This document shows, piece by piece, positions 8,190-9,023 of a DNA stretch of 9,023 nt. Every line of letters starts with the position of its first letter. Positions within the stretch are counted from its first letter, which is position 1. The stretch lies in NCBI RefSeq assembly GCF_000143415.4, contig NW_003314471.1, positions 1 to 9,023 on the forward strand. Direction: 5' to 3'. The position numbers were made by a program, and so were the translations under genes. The notes under the pieces are model-generated. The model was not told the DNA's origin. It ran no database searches and saw nothing but the letters and a program-made list of their open reading frames with translations. Origin of the DNA: Selaginella moellendorffii (Eukaryota > Plantae > Lycopodiophyta).

Positions 8190-9023
8190 ATAGTGGTTCT
8201 CTCCTTTTATTGGTTTATTTCTCGCTAAACCTCTTAGAGACCCTTCTCTAAGTCAATCCCACTACTCCTTCTTGAGTAGTCTCAATTTCCATCTATTGAA
8301 CGTTTGCACCTTGGAACTTTTACTCTTTTGACTTTTGGAAGTCAATTTCCTAGGTGTCTCCAACACCTTGCATTGCACAGATTGTGCAACTCCACTTCCC
8401 CATCCTAGGAAGTTCATTACTTGAGGGCACCATCATCCTCTCTTCTATTTTGTGCCACCTTGGGCACTAAGTTCCATTTATCATACTTTGTGCTAGGGCT
8501 GTCCATAGCCCTATCATTTGGCTACCTTACCGCTCCCTCCCTTGGAGCTTCCACTTTCGCCAAATCGGAGCAATTTGGAATCCATCCTTGGAAACACACT
8601 TCCTTTCCCGCAATTTGTTAGCGTCCAACACATTAGTGTCCCTTGCCTAACTTTGTCACTTGGATTCCTTCCAAGGGATTCCACGGCCCTATCTTGGCCA
8701 CTCATCTTTTGCTCCTATCCGTTGATTGTTGCACCAAGCAACATCGAATCTCCCTCCTTGAGGTATTCTTTTGATTCCATAGCAAAGGCTCTGCTTTGCC
8801 AAGACTAGGGTGTTCACCCCTAGTAAGTCTCTTTTAGCATCTTCTGCTGTGGGCTCTATCCACGGCCCAACTTTGTGACCCTCCCATGGGTCTCTTTAGA
8901 GACTACTTTCCTTGGACACACTATGCGATCGCAATGACATAGCTCATTTCCTTAAGTTGTTTTTCCCACTTGGTCACCTTAACCAAGCCACACCATCATC
9001 ATGTGCAGTCAATTTCAACATTT
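8190..9023 (-). pseudogene. pol: Decayed protease C-part, linker and N-terminal part of RT in copy B
   Basis: Minus strand in order: KVGPW 8874, DLLGVNTL 8829, LVP near 8470, PRM 8409-8401 (cf. PYRM), ELHNL 8392-8378 (cf. ELxEL), KK near 8273, NKPIKGENHY 8219-8190 (cf. NKVTVKNKY). Confidence 0.6.

Larger units (their letters stand above)
6309..9023 (-). mobile_element. LTR retrotransposon copy B (same family as A, antisense): 3' internal region, PPT and 3' LTR; continues beyond the window
   Basis: On the minus strand: internal sequence homologous to A, then a PPT, then an LTR that begins TGTGAGACAC and ends GTCGCTTACA at 6309. Confidence 0.9.

Overview
Eukaryotic, plant-type retrotransposon nest with no intact host gene. 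Three LTR-retrotransposon layers are visible. (1) An old, stop-riddled Ty3/gypsy gag remnant (about 978-1814, +). (2) Inserted into it, element A (+): 1491-bp 5' LTR (1815-3305, TG...CA), tRNA-iMet PBS (3309-3320) and internal region to 6308. (3) Element B, the same family in opposite orientation, abutting A at 6308/6309: 3' LTR (7900->6309), PPT (7912->7902) and internal region running off the window end. Both LTRs carry a composite 11/12-bp plus 6-bp minisatellite that explains most of the long ORFs in the track. The internal regions have no real ORF, but frame-hopping manual translation shows ordered chains of chromovirus-like (probably Galadriel-like) gag-pol motif remnants in a non-canonical order: PBS - RT(C-part) - RNaseH - integrase - Gag - protease - RT(N-part) - PPT. 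This suggests a non-autonomous family with a circularly permuted, heavily decayed gag-pol. All motif calls and identities are by eye and need profile-alignment confirmation.
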